A DNA stretch of 64,000 nucleotides from an uncultured Ectothiorhodospiraceae bacterium (GTDB taxonomy: Bacteria > Pseudomonadota > Gammaproteobacteria > UBA9214): assembly GCA_947259415.1 (NCBI GenBank), contig CAMYMI010000013.1, positions 487 through 64,486 on the forward strand. The letters are read 5' to 3'. The position numbers and the translations under genes were made by a program. The notes beneath the pieces are model-generated. The model searched no databases and was not told where the DNA came from. It saw nothing but the letters and a program-made list of their open reading frames with translations. Of this stretch, positions 41,165 to 51,967 are shown one piece after another (position 1 is the first letter of the stretch; each line of letters opens with the position of its first letter).

Positions 41165-41878
41165 CTATCGCTTGTCGTAATCAGCTGCTGCTGTTAATCC
41201 AACCTGCTCGAGTAAGGCAGCGCGTTGGGCACGTAGGGTCGCATCCCCCGGATTCTGCTGGATTGCCCGAGATATCGAATCGATGGCGTCATACCACACC
41301 CCGTTTTCCGCATAAATACTCGCCATTGTTTGATGGTCTGCCTTAGCGATTCTGCTCTCGAGATCAGCATCTGGCGGGTCATATTGAATCGTGCCGCTGG
41401 CAATGACATCGTTGGAACGCTGTTCCTCATCAGGTGTCACGGATACGAACCAGCGGTACTCGATACCCGGCTCGAGTTTGGTGCCAGCGGTTGCCAGATC
41501 CAGCTGCTGGATCCCTGCGCTTTTCGGGGTGCCGACGACGTTCTCGAGAATCGGATCGATTGCCTCGTCATTGATCACGGTCACATCCAGTCGCGCATTT
41601 GCCGGTTTGGAGATGTACCAGTAGAGCGTGGGCTGGCTCTTGGTTGTCAGTCCGGTGTGATCCGGCGCAAGCACGGACAGTTCGAGCGTGGTTTCCCCCA
41701 CCCCGCGTGATCCGCCGCCGACACGACTGGCAGGTGCTCCCCGCAGTGGGGGGCTGTAGGTAAAGCCGCCGCCGCTCTTCTGCACTGAACTGCCGGTGGT
41801 TTCCTGGGCGGACACCAGGGTGGAAAATGGTGCAAGAATCAGAGTGAGTAACAGAGCAAGTGTCGTAACAGGATTCAT
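41165..41878 (-). CDS. Secreted DUF928-family protein
   Basis: Signal peptide 'MNPVTTLALLLTLILAPFSTLVSAQE'; Gly-rich linker; 'TLYWYISKP...LEPGIEYRWFVSV' resembles DUF928; 327 bp downstream of, and co-oriented with, the CHASE2 cyclase. Confidence 0.55.
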   Translation of the reverse strand: MNPVTTLALLLTLILAPFSTLVSAQETTGSSVQKSGGGFTYSPPLRGAPASRVGGGSRGVGETTLELSVLAPDHTGLTTKSQPTLYWYISKPANARLDVTVINDEAIDPILENVVGTPKSAGIQQLDLATAGTKLEPGIEYRWFVSVTPDEEQRSNDVIASGTIQYDPPDADLESRIAKADHQTMASIYAENGVWYDAIDSISRAIQQNPGDATLRAQRAALLEQVGLTAAADYDKR

Positions 41879-42204
41879 GGAGGCTTTCCCCGCTGGTTTC
41901 CAGTCATTATTGAATCACCCCTGTGTAACGCTGCCTTGCGAATCTTGAACCGGGTGGCCCCGATCGGTTGTTTCTTCCGGGACGTGAAACAGGAGTGAAC
42001 GCACCTCCCGCTACTTATAGCGGATCAATTACAGAAATACAAATCGGTCATGCAGGTGAATCGGTCTCGTCAGGCCGGCGTGCAGCGACATGCGCCGGTG
42101 TGTGCATCTGCCGTCTTGCGGGCACATTGTCCATCCCCCCATACCGGATACACGCCACCCCGGGATGGCATACACGCTTGTCAGATCGTGGGTTCTTGTT
42201 GATC

Positions 42205-44178
42205 TCAGTTGCTGGCTGTGGCCACTGCTGAAAGGACATCGCTGGCCTCCGCAGGGGTTTTTTCTCCAAGCAGCCGATAGACCATGACCCCCTCGGACTT
42301 GCCTTTCAGGCTGCAGATCCCGACGGGCTCGAGTTCGAACCGGTCCCCCAGACACTCGGCCGTATGGTCAGCCAGCAGGATCTGGCACAGGCTGTCCGGA
42401 GAGTTCCCGGGCGCCTCCTTGCTGAAGCTCTCGAGCCGGGCCGCGGTGTTGACCACGTCGCCGATGGTCGTGTACTTGATGCGCTGCGTGCTGCCCAGAC
42501 AGCCGGCCACCACCGGGCCGGTGGCAATCCCCACGCGGATCCTGACCAGCGGCGAGCCCTGTGCGGACCAGAACGCATTCAGCCGCTCCATCTCCTGCCG
42601 CATGGCCAGCGCACAACTCACGGCGTTGATGGCGTCCTGGCGGATCTGCGCATCGGTCGTGCGCGGGACGGGCACACCGAAATCCGCCTTGATGGCATCG
42701 CCGATGTAATTGTCCACCACACCCTCATATTGCGTGACCAGGCTCGCCATCGCCTCCATGTACTCGTTGAGCCAGTTCAGCAATTCCGTGGGGGTGAGCC
42801 GTTCGGCAACCGGCGTGAAATTGGCCAGGTCGGAAAACAGCACCGTGATCTTCATGGTCTGCGCATCCAGACGCCCGCCGTGCATGAAGCTGTCGCGGTG
42901 TTTCCACAATTCATCGGCAACCGTCGGCGAGACATTCTTGGAAAACAGGTCCATGAGCAGCCGCTTCTCGGCCTTTTCGTGGGTCGAGAGGTAGGCCATG
43001 ACCACGCCGGAGGCGGCCAGCCAGGCGAGTCCCGTGGGGGCGACCGGGATCCACCAACCGAGCATGAAGGCGGCAAACGCAATCGCAACCAGTGTCGCCA
43101 GGCCGCCGGCCGCGAGCAGGGTGAAGCGCAGGCCGGAACGGGTGAAGCGGCCGAGGATGGCCGCCAGTATCCCCCACAGCAGGATCCACAGATGTTCTGT
43201 CCGGTCGCTTGACACCTGGATGGGCACATCGCCCGCCAGGGCGGCCCGCAGCAGCTGACTGGTTTCATAGCCATGGACGGCAATCCCGGAGGTGGTCTGT
43301 CCCGGGCCGGCAAAGCGGTCGTAGGGGGTGAGAAATTCATCCTTCACACTGTCGGCATTGACACCGGCAATGACGATAGCGTCGCGGATGAGCGCCGGGT
43401 CCACCTGGTCGTCCAGGACATCGCTCATGGAATAGGTCGTGAAGGGATTGACACCGCCCCGGTAGTCGAGCAGGTACTGATAGCCGGCCGCATCAGCGCC
43501 CACGTAGGCACCGTCATCGGCCTCGAACGGGACGAAGGTCGTCGGTCCCAGGCGCAGGTGCTCGGGATTCGGGTCACCGGCCTGTGGCGTGATGTCTGCC
43601 TCGGCCAGATAGGCCATGGCGAGCCGCAGCGGCAGCGAGACGGAGAAGTTCTGGCCATCGTCGAGAAACAGCAGGCCCCGCCGTACCACGCCGTCGCTGT
43701 CCACGGTGACGTCGGAGAACCCGATCCGCTCCGTGCCCCGCAGGGCCTCGGGACCGAGCACCCGGGTGCCGCTGGCATCGCCGAATTTTTCGATGAAGAG
43801 GATGGAGTCGTTATTGCGGAGCAGGGCATTGAAGCGTTGCGTCCCGGGCGGCACGGCGAAATCCCGGTAGAGATCGACGCCGATCACCCGCGGTTCATGG
43901 TCGAGCAGCGCCTCGAGCAGGTCGGCCAGCCGGTCATCGGAGGGCGGCCATTGCTGGATGCGCTGGATGTCCTCCTCCACGATCTGGATCAGGACCAGGC
44001 GCGGCTCGGGCACGGTGTGGCGCTCCTTGACCCGGAGGAAGGCGTCGTAGGAGGCCAGTTCGAGGAACTGCAGATAGCCGGCGCCGCGCAGCCCGACCAC
44101 CAGCAGACAGGCCAGGATACCCAGCACCAGGCTCACCAGGGTCGGCGAGCGCAGCCGTTCCAGCCACTCAGCCTTCAT
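42205..44178 (-). CDS. CHASE2 extracytoplasmic sensor domain fused to a class III nucleotide cyclase
   Basis: N-terminal TM, about 300-aa periplasmic CHASE2 region, three TM helices, cyclase motifs 'VLFSDLANFT', 'YIGDAIKADFG', 'GDVVNTAARLE'. Confidence 0.85.
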   Translation of the reverse strand: MKAEWLERLRSPTLVSLVLGILACLLVVGLRGAGYLQFLELASYDAFLRVKERHTVPEPRLVLIQIVEEDIQRIQQWPPSDDRLADLLEALLDHEPRVIGVDLYRDFAVPPGTQRFNALLRNNDSILFIEKFGDASGTRVLGPEALRGTERIGFSDVTVDSDGVVRRGLLFLDDGQNFSVSLPLRLAMAYLAEADITPQAGDPNPEHLRLGPTTFVPFEADDGAYVGADAAGYQYLLDYRGGVNPFTTYSMSDVLDDQVDPALIRDAIVIAGVNADSVKDEFLTPYDRFAGPGQTTSGIAVHGYETSQLLRAALAGDVPIQVSSDRTEHLWILLWGILAAILGRFTRSGLRFTLLAAGGLATLVAIAFAAFMLGWWIPVAPTGLAWLAASGVVMAYLSTHEKAEKRLLMDLFSKNVSPTVADELWKHRDSFMHGGRLDAQTMKITVLFSDLANFTPVAERLTPTELLNWLNEYMEAMASLVTQYEGVVDNYIGDAIKADFGVPVPRTTDAQIRQDAINAVSCALAMRQEMERLNAFWSAQGSPLVRIRVGIATGPVVAGCLGSTQRIKYTTIGDVVNTAARLESFSKEAPGNSPDSLCQILLADHTAECLGDRFELEPVGICSLKGKSEGVMVYRLLGEKTPAEASDVLSAVATASN

Positions 44179-44623
44179 TCATGGACCTGCCTTGCCGGCG
44201 GCTCGGCAGCTGTGGATTTCAGCGTGCGGTTCAGGAAATTATCTGTCATTTGATTACGAGTTTACCGGACACGGAGCCCCGCTTCTTGTTTCAAACGGGT
44301 AAAAATACAAAATTAATAAAGCCCTATGTAGGGGCTTGACGCATCTCTAACAGGCCAACAGGCCGGCATAGAAACGGTTGACACCTTGTATTTTGCCACG
44401 GCGACAGGCGCCCGCTTTCGGTATCCGGCGGCGTTCTCTGCAAAAGACCCGTGATGAAAAAACAACCTGTAATCTATCGGATTTTGTTAACCGGTCGCAC
44501 GGATAAGGGTAACCGGGCGCGACTTCCCTGCATGCCATTTCTCGGGCCTGCGGGGCGCACCTCGACAGCCATGAACGGCCTCATGGTGATGATTTTTTTT
44601 AAGCACGGCGTGGTTTTGAATGG

Positions 44624-44683
44624 GGCGGCACGCACCATAAAGTGGCGGCACGCACCATAAAGTGGCGGTACGCACCACAAATT
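44624..44683. promoter_or_regulatory. Three tandem 20-bp direct repeats in the divergent promoter region between the CHASE2 cyclase and the RTX/TPS operon
   Basis: 'ggcggcacgcaccataaagt' x2 then 'ggcggtacgcaccacaaatt'. Confidence 0.6.
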
Positions 44684-45018
44684 ATGAAATGAAGGTTAAC
44701 CCAAAGGTGCTAGTTTACCTGTGGAAAATGCAGTTCAACACAACTACAATACGCCCGTACAATACCAACAGGATAGAAGAATTTTAATATATGGACATAT
44801 ATCGATACACAGCCCGGCGGGCCGAATCAATCCACTCCAGGTTGCGACTCCCATAAGCTATTCATGGACTATAATTAAAAAAATAAATTACGTCCGATGC
44901 GAATTCAGGTGATTAATCCGAGCTATTGATGCCGCTATCACCACTGCGGTTACCAGTATCAACAAATAAGTAACACAAAATAACTTAATAACACATAAAC
45001 GCGTCAGAGGATCCAGAC

Positions 45019-46893
45019 ATGAACAAATTAACCATCTCGCAATCGGTACGCGCTTCAACGTCCCGGTGTTGCAAGTCCATTTGCCTGTTCACCACCGCGC
45101 TGTCGCTGCTGGCAGCGTCGACCGCCCATGCCTGGCCGACCGGATCACGGGGCGGCTCCTTCTTCTTCGGCGGCAGTTCACTGACCCTGCTGTGGCAAAC
45201 CGTGGACAGCACCGACAACCTCGCGACCATCCAGCTGAACTATTTCGAGGCAGACGAACGGCTGTGCTTCACGGGTGAAGTCAAGGGCCTGTATTCGGAC
45301 GGGACCATGACCGGGGAAGCCATCTATGAATTGCTCGGTGTGGATGGGGCCTCACTCAACACCACTGGTATCTGTTACTCCTATGTGGCACAGGCATGTG
45401 ATCAATTATTAGACCAAGCTGGTAATCCAGTTAATCTCTCCCCGGGATTCATCGAAGAGTGTACCTACACGGTACCCAAACTTGAAGACATTACCGATTT
45501 GGACGGCCTGCTCAGCGGGCGTCTCCGGACGGTGCCGGGCAGCGGGACCGGTTACCTGGCGGCCTGCGACTCAGCGACACCGCCCCGAATCTGTGACTTC
45601 CAGGTCGGCATCGGCTTCAATAATTCCATTCCACCCGCTTTCTTCCCGGCGACGGTGACCACGGATGGCGACGCCGTGGCGGCGAATGTGGTCCTCTATT
45701 CGAATGAAATCTGCACACAATTTAACGCTTTCGACGATCTAAACCTGGCGCCAACCGCGGCCCTCAGCGCCAAATCAGCAACATTAAGGTCCTGCGAAGC
45801 CCTGGCCATCAAGGGGGACTGGTGCAGTGACCTGCAGAGCAACATGGGTGATCCCAAATGCGACGCCACCAACGCGAACGGACAATTCACCGTCGGCGGC
45901 TTCAACAACTCCGCGGGGGATTTCCTCGTTCAGACACCGTTCAGTATAAACTGTATTAGTAGCATCGAGGACCTGCGTAATCTCGAATCATGCGCGGAGG
46001 TCAACCTCGCCGCTTGCGGTGACGGTAGCGGCCTGCTTGAAATGCCAACGACGTACGATTCAGGTGGCACTACTTGTGGTGCTAACGTTAATTCAATCGA
46101 GTTCACATACAGTTCCTCCGATGGCGGGGGGGTTGATTACCTCAACGTGGCCTCGATCCTGAACTTCGGATCACCCGGCAACCCCGGTGACAACAGTACC
46201 CCGCCGTGCACCTCGGCCTGCATCGTGTCCACGCCCAGCAATAACGAGGTGAATACCTGGAACTTTTCCTCTACCACCTTGCAGGGCATCGGCTTCATCG
46301 ACGGCCGCAATAATGATGACATCATCACCGGGTCGCAGGGACCGGACACCATCCGCGGCGGCAGCGGTGCCGATACCCTCAACGGTGCGGGTGGCAACGA
46401 TATCCTCCAGGGCGGTGACAATGCGGACACGCTTAACGGTGATGACGGCGATGACCTGCTGTTGGGCTACGACTGCTATGGACCCAACGCCGACTGCTCG
46501 GTTGTATCGAACAACGGCAGTGACGATGACATCCTCAACGGCGGGCCCGGCAACGACTGCCTCGACGGCGGGCGCGGTAACGACACGGCCACCGGGGGCG
46601 AAGGCAGCGACGCTTTTGTTCTCTACGGCAACGTCGACAAAGACATTATCACTGACTTCAATATAGAAGAAGATGTGTTTGTGGACCTGACCGGGAATGC
46701 AACGGCGATATGGGTGCAAGGCAAGCGAGGTGCACCAAGTGTCTGTACAATCTCAACGGGTGGTAATGATGTCACCACTGTCGAAGGAATCGGAAAAGGA
46801 GATTGTAAGAAGCCCCCTCTCACCATCCTGGATCCAAGCGCTGGTGATGATTTCCCGACACAGTGTGCCGGTCATCCCTATTCCTTTCAGTAG
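45019..46893 (+). CDS. Secreted Cys-rich protein with C-terminal RTX (hemolysin-type Ca-binding) repeats
   Basis: Sec signal ('LLAASTAHA'), more than 25 Cys in the N-terminal 400 aa, nonapeptide repeats 'GGSGADTLNGAGGNDILQGGDNADTLNGDDGDD', 'GGPGNDCLDGGRGNDTATGGEGSD'. Confidence 0.7.
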   Translation: MNKLTISQSVRASTSRCCKSICLFTTALSLLAASTAHAWPTGSRGGSFFFGGSSLTLLWQTVDSTDNLATIQLNYFEADERLCFTGEVKGLYSDGTMTGEAIYELLGVDGASLNTTGICYSYVAQACDQLLDQAGNPVNLSPGFIEECTYTVPKLEDITDLDGLLSGRLRTVPGSGTGYLAACDSATPPRICDFQVGIGFNNSIPPAFFPATVTTDGDAVAANVVLYSNEICTQFNAFDDLNLAPTAALSAKSATLRSCEALAIKGDWCSDLQSNMGDPKCDATNANGQFTVGGFNNSAGDFLVQTPFSINCISSIEDLRNLESCAEVNLAACGDGSGLLEMPTTYDSGGTTCGANVNSIEFTYSSSDGGGVDYLNVASILNFGSPGNPGDNSTPPCTSACIVSTPSNNEVNTWNFSSTTLQGIGFIDGRNNDDIITGSQGPDTIRGGSGADTLNGAGGNDILQGGDNADTLNGDDGDDLLLGYDCYGPNADCSVVSNNGSDDDILNGGPGNDCLDGGRGNDTATGGEGSDAFVLYGNVDKDIITDFNIEEDVFVDLTGNATAIWVQGKRGAPSVCTISTGGNDVTTVEGIGKGDCKKPPLTILDPSAGDDFPTQCAGHPYSFQ

Positions 46894-47000
46894 GAACGGG
46901 GATTAACAACAAAGTAACCGCGCGGTGCAGGCCTGCACCGCGCGGCGCGATAACCACAGCGCGGTACCGGAGACGGATGACCGCAGAGGGGGAGTTGTTC

Positions 47001-49916
47001 ATGCAAGCAGATCGTTACCGTCGCCGACGCGCTGCCGCCTGCATCGGCCTGGTACTCGGCATGACCCTGCCCGCACTCGCGTGGTCCGGTGCCACCCTCG
47101 ACGGCTCCATGGGCACCAGCGGTGCGTTTTCGGGGAACTTCACCGTCCCGGACACTGTCGGCCAGACCGTCGGGGCCAACCTGCTTCACAGCTTCAGCGA
47201 TTTCAGCATCAACGCCGGCGAGAGCGCCACCTTCACCGGGCCCGTGGAAATCGACAACGTGGTCTCACGCGTTTCCGGCAACAGTCCGTCAACCTTCAAC
47301 GGCCCGCTCTTCTCGGCAATCCCGAGCGCCAATTTCTATTTCCTCAACCCCAACGGCGTCCTGTTCAAGGAAGGCGCCCAGATCAATGTCGACGGCTCGT
47401 TCTATGCCACGACCAGCGATTTTGTCCGGCTGGGTCAGGACGGTATCTTTTATGCCGACCTCGCCGCGCAAAGCGTGCTGACCAGTTCTCCACCGAGCGC
47501 CTTCGGATTTCTCGATAGCAACCCGGGGCAGATCGCGCTGGAGGGCACGCACCTGGTGAGGTTCTTCTCGCTCAATCAGCCGGACGGCGCGACGCTGAGC
47601 CTGGTGGGTGGCGACATCACGCTCGAGCAGGCGGCACCCGGGACCCAGACCCTGCTGGGGACAGCGAACAGTGCCGGCAGTTACATCGGGTCGGCCGGGA
47701 ACCGCGTCGAGATCGTGAGTGTGGCCTCTGCCGGGGAGGCGCTGCCGGGCAGTGGAGACTATGATCTGTCCTCCTTCGATACGCTCGGTGACATCGAAAT
47801 CAGCGGCGGCAGTGTCGTCGATGCCACCGATGTCTACATCCGGGGCGGCCAGCTGCTCATGCAGGATTCCGTGATCGCCGCCGGCTTCTTTACCGTGGCC
47901 GCCCTGGCCCCGCCGCCGAGTGGCGGTCGCATCGATGTGGGGATGTCCGGGGCCATCGACGTGACGGGCAACACACCGCTGGAGCTGGAGATCAATCATC
48001 CTGATTTCGGGCCCTTCGTGGTGTTCAAGCCCGATGGTGGACTCTACTATTCGGGCATCACGGCGTTCGCGGGCAGCCCCGTCCCCGGACCGCCGCCCGC
48101 CAATGTCGCCGCCATCGATGTTACGGCAGGTGACATTGACTTCACCGGCTTTGCCGGCGTGATCACCGAACGCTTTGGCCCCGGCGGGGCGAGCGACATC
48201 AGCATCAGCGCGGACACGGTAGCATTCCGCAACGGTGCTCCCATCGCCAATATCAACTATTACGACGGTGCCGGTGGCAGCATCACCGTGAACGCGGATC
48301 AGGTGGTGCTCGATGGCGAGGGCGACCCCAGCGGATTCAGCGGTATCACCTCGGCCAGCTTCGTCAGCCCGGTCTTCGGCAACCCGGATATCCCGCCACC
48401 CTTCGATCCGGCCAACCCGGAACTCACCTTCGCGGATGCCGGCAGCGTTACCGTCAATGCCACGGGTCCCGGGGGACTGACCGTGCGCGGTGGCGCCTCG
48501 ATCAACGGCGAGAGCCGCACCTTTGGCCGGGGGGCCGATATCACGATCAATGCCAGCGACATCTTCCTTGCGCGGGACGGGATGCCCTTCGGATCAATTG
48601 CCTCGCAAAGCGCTTATGCCGGCGATGCCGGGAATATCCAGATACAGGCGACCGGGGATATCCGGATGCAGGAAGGTTTTGAAATCTCGGGCAGCACGGC
48701 CGGTACCGGGGCCGGCGGAACGGTGTCGGTTTCAGCGAGTAACGTGATTGATATCAGCGGGGAGAACAGCGGTATCGCCAGCGCCACCGTGGAGCCGCCA
48801 CCTGCTGTCGAGGATTCCCTTGCCCAACTGTTCGGGGTCCCCGACTTTGCCACGCTGGTCGGGTTGCTCACGGATTTCGGCCTGGTGGGTCCTGATGCAG
48901 ATATGTTTGATGTGCTGGGTGCCCTGCAGATCATCGGTTTTATCAATCTGGGGGATCCTGAGCCGAGCGCCGGGGATGCGGGTGCCGTGTCCGTGGCCGC
49001 TGCCACCCTGTCCATGAGTGGATTGGGGCGTATCACCTCATCAACGACCGCCGATGGTACGGGTGGCCCCATCAATATCAACGTGGGTTCACTAGCGCTC
49101 GCGGATGGCGCCGAGATCCGCAGTCGCAGCGGGCTCGTCAGCGTCATCACGGGAGAACTGGATGTCGGCTCCGGTAATGGCGGCGACATCGCGGTCACGG
49201 CTTCGAATGATGTCACCATGGAGTCCGGCTCAAGCATCTCCGCGAGAAGTCTGGGAACCGGGCTGGCGGGTGACATCGCCATCAATGCCGGCAACCGGCT
49301 CGACATGTCGGGCGACAGCAGCATCAGCACCCAGGCCACCGTCTCCGACGGCGGCAACATCGGGGTCAACGCAACCGAGCGGGTGTACCTGAACCAGGCG
49401 CAGATCACGACCTCCGTGGAGAGTGGCCTGGGCGGCGGCGGCAACATCGATGTCGATCCCGATTTCGTCGTTCTCAACCAGAGCAACATCCTCGCCAATG
49501 CCTTTGGCGGCCCCGGCGGCAACATCACCATCGTGGCCGGCAACTTCATCACGACGCCGGACAGCACGATCGACGCCTCTTCCGCCCTCGGGCTCGACGG
49601 CACGGTCAACATCAGTTCGCCGGATCAGGAGGTCGCCGAGGACCTGGCCGTCTTGCCTGCGAATTATCTCGATGTGACCGGACTCATCAGCGAACGCTGC
49701 GGCACGACCGTCGGCGCCAGCAGCCTGGTCGATGCCGGCGCGGGCGGACTGGCGATCGACCCGGACGGCTATCTGCCAAGTTTTGCACTGGAAACCAATC
49801 AAGAAGACGAAACGAAAGGGGGAAGCAGAACTGTCAGCAGCGGCGAGCGCTGGTGGGCGCTGGAGATGAACCAGACAGCGTTGTTACCACTCGCCCTGGT
49901 GACCTGCGCACGCTAA
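47001..49916 (+). CDS. TpsA-type exoprotein: N-terminal TPS (haemagglutination-activity) secretion domain plus Gly/Ser/Ala-rich beta-helical repeats
   Basis: 'GANLLHSFSDFSINAGESATFTGP...VSRVSGNSPSTFNGPL...FYFLNPNGVLFKEGAQINV' matches the TPS domain (NPNG motif); start set at ATG 47001 after a GGGGGAG RBS. Confidence 0.8.
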   Translation: MQADRYRRRRAAACIGLVLGMTLPALAWSGATLDGSMGTSGAFSGNFTVPDTVGQTVGANLLHSFSDFSINAGESATFTGPVEIDNVVSRVSGNSPSTFNGPLFSAIPSANFYFLNPNGVLFKEGAQINVDGSFYATTSDFVRLGQDGIFYADLAAQSVLTSSPPSAFGFLDSNPGQIALEGTHLVRFFSLNQPDGATLSLVGGDITLEQAAPGTQTLLGTANSAGSYIGSAGNRVEIVSVASAGEALPGSGDYDLSSFDTLGDIEISGGSVVDATDVYIRGGQLLMQDSVIAAGFFTVAALAPPPSGGRIDVGMSGAIDVTGNTPLELEINHPDFGPFVVFKPDGGLYYSGITAFAGSPVPGPPPANVAAIDVTAGDIDFTGFAGVITERFGPGGASDISISADTVAFRNGAPIANINYYDGAGGSITVNADQVVLDGEGDPSGFSGITSASFVSPVFGNPDIPPPFDPANPELTFADAGSVTVNATGPGGLTVRGGASINGESRTFGRGADITINASDIFLARDGMPFGSIASQSAYAGDAGNIQIQATGDIRMQEGFEISGSTAGTGAGGTVSVSASNVIDISGENSGIASATVEPPPAVEDSLAQLFGVPDFATLVGLLTDFGLVGPDADMFDVLGALQIIGFINLGDPEPSAGDAGAVSVAAATLSMSGLGRITSSTTADGTGGPININVGSLALADGAEIRSRSGLVSVITGELDVGSGNGGDIAVTASNDVTMESGSSISARSLGTGLAGDIAINAGNRLDMSGDSSISTQATVSDGGNIGVNATERVYLNQAQITTSVESGLGGGGNIDVDPDFVVLNQSNILANAFGGPGGNITIVAGNFITTPDSTIDASSALGLDGTVNISSPDQEVAEDLAVLPANYLDVTGLISERCGTTVGASSLVDAGAGGLAIDPDGYLPSFALETNQEDETKGGSRTVSSGERWWALEMNQTALLPLALVTCAR

Positions 49917-49918
49917 CT

Positions 49919-51730
49919 ATGCCATTACCAATTGATCAGAATGCCGGTTCTGCAGGCAGAACCGGCAAGGGGCCGCTTGGTGCCCTTAACACCTTCTTGG
50001 CCAGGACGGCGCTTTCCCGGTTCATCGTGCTTGCCCTGGGGCTCTGGCTGGGACTGGGTACGGCCCATGCGCAACCGGTCGGCCCCGGTTCCCCGGGCGA
50101 TACGCCCGCCGGCGGGGTCAGCCGGCCGGGTGACTTTCGTCCGGTGTTGCCGGCGCCCGGCCTGCCGCCAGAGGCACCGGTCGCACTCCCACCGGTTGCG
50201 CCGGCCCCCGAGAAAGCGCCGGTTCCCTATGGCGTCCGGGTGTTCGTCAAGGAGATCCGGCTCACGGGCAATACCGTGTTCACCACCGCGGAACTGAAGG
50301 AAATCACGGCACCCTACGAGGGTCGCGAGGTCTCCAGCAGCGAACTCGAGGACCTGCGCGTTGCCCTGACCCGGCACTACATTCAGCACGGCTATTTGAA
50401 TTCCGGCGCGGTGATCCCCGACCAGAAGGTCGTCGACGGCGTCATCCAGATGGCCATTGTCGAGGGCCGCCTGACCGACATCGAGGTTGCCGGCAACACC
50501 TATCTGAATGCCGATTACATCAAGGACCGGCTCAGGCTCGGCGCGGGACCGCCACTGAATGTGCAGGATCTGCAGGAGCGCATCCAGATCATGCTCGAGT
50601 CACCCCTGTTCGACACCCTCAATTCAGAGTTGCAGCCGGGTGACCGGCCGGGCGAGGCCACGCTCATGACCATGGTCGACGAGGGTCCCCGCTTCCAGTT
50701 CATCCCGGTCATCGACAACCGGCTTTCACCGAGTCTGGGCGATGTCCGGGCGCTGCCGCAGATCTATGCCTACAGCCTGACCGGGCGGGGTGACATCCTC
50801 AATGCCGCCGTCGGCGTGGGTGACGGGCTGACGAATGCCTACGCTAACTGGGCCATTCCCCTGAATGCCCATGACACGACACTCACCCTGCTTGCGGACT
50901 ACACCGACTCGGAAATCGTGGAGGGTCCGTTCGAGGCCCTGGATATCGAGAACGAAACCCGGACCTTCGGTTTCCGGGTCAGCCATCCCTTCTACCGGAC
51001 CCCGAGCCAGAATTTCAGCATGGCGCTGGGACTGGACCTGCGCAAGAGTGAATCCCGGCTGCTCGGCGAAGACTTCGCCTTCACTCCCGGCGTGCCCGCG
51101 GATGGTGAGGTGCAGGCCACGATCATCCGTTTCTCCCAGGACTGGTCAAGGCGCGAACCGAACCAGGTCCTGGCCGCGCGTTCCCTGTTCAGCATCGGCA
51201 TCGATGCCTTCGACGCCACCGTTAATTCAGGTGACCTTCCCAGCGGGGAGTTCTTCGCCTGGCTGGGCCAGTTCCAGTGGGCCAGGCTGCTGGGAGACAA
51301 GGGGGGACAACTGATCTTCCGCGCCAATGTCCAGCTCACCAACGATCCGCTGTTCAGCATGGAGCAATACGCGGTTGGCGGGGCGCTCAGCGTGCGCGGT
51401 TACCGCGAGAATCAGCTGGTGCGCGATTATGGCTACGATGCCTCGCTCGAGTACCGTCATCCGCTGATCAAGGACGCCAGCGGCAGAACCATCCTGGCGT
51501 TGGCGCCCTTCATCGATGCCGGTGGGGCGAACAACAACGAACTGCCCGAGGGATCGAATCCGAAGGACATCTACAGTGCCGGCCTTGGCCTGCGCTGGGA
51601 CCCGACCCCCAAGATTCACGCCGAGCTCTACTGGGGACACGCCTTCCGCGACGTGGACAATGACGACGATTCCCTGCAGGACGATGGCGTGCACTTCCTC
51701 ATCAGCGCCAACCTGCTGGAATGGCCCTGA
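49919..51730 (+). CDS. TpsB outer-membrane transporter (ShlB/FhaC/HecB family; POTRA plus beta-barrel)
   Basis: Signal peptide, POTRA 'VKEIRLTGNTVFTTAELKEITAPYEGREV...LTRHYIQHGYLNSGAVIP', C-terminal beta-barrel ending in an aromatic-rich strand; starts 2 nt after the TpsA stop. Confidence 0.8.
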   Translation: MPLPIDQNAGSAGRTGKGPLGALNTFLARTALSRFIVLALGLWLGLGTAHAQPVGPGSPGDTPAGGVSRPGDFRPVLPAPGLPPEAPVALPPVAPAPEKAPVPYGVRVFVKEIRLTGNTVFTTAELKEITAPYEGREVSSSELEDLRVALTRHYIQHGYLNSGAVIPDQKVVDGVIQMAIVEGRLTDIEVAGNTYLNADYIKDRLRLGAGPPLNVQDLQERIQIMLESPLFDTLNSELQPGDRPGEATLMTMVDEGPRFQFIPVIDNRLSPSLGDVRALPQIYAYSLTGRGDILNAAVGVGDGLTNAYANWAIPLNAHDTTLTLLADYTDSEIVEGPFEALDIENETRTFGFRVSHPFYRTPSQNFSMALGLDLRKSESRLLGEDFAFTPGVPADGEVQATIIRFSQDWSRREPNQVLAARSLFSIGIDAFDATVNSGDLPSGEFFAWLGQFQWARLLGDKGGQLIFRANVQLTNDPLFSMEQYAVGGALSVRGYRENQLVRDYGYDASLEYRHPLIKDASGRTILALAPFIDAGGANNNELPEGSNPKDIYSAGLGLRWDPTPKIHAELYWGHAFRDVDNDDDSLQDDGVHFLISANLLEWP

Positions 51731-51967
51731 CCGGGGGCAGGCAAGTCCTGCTTATACGGATTTGGACGTAACTGCGTTCCAGAAGGCCGTACAACCCTGA
51801 CACCAATGAGAGACTGCTTTTGCGGATGTAGTCATGCCGCATGAAGCAGGCCGCGGCCTGCAGCGGGAGCGGGGCAAGCATCAGTAATGACAAGCCAGGG
51901 ACGGTGATTAATTCATCTTTCATCATTCCGGCGCAAACCGGAATGACGTTCTGACTTTCTCTACACT

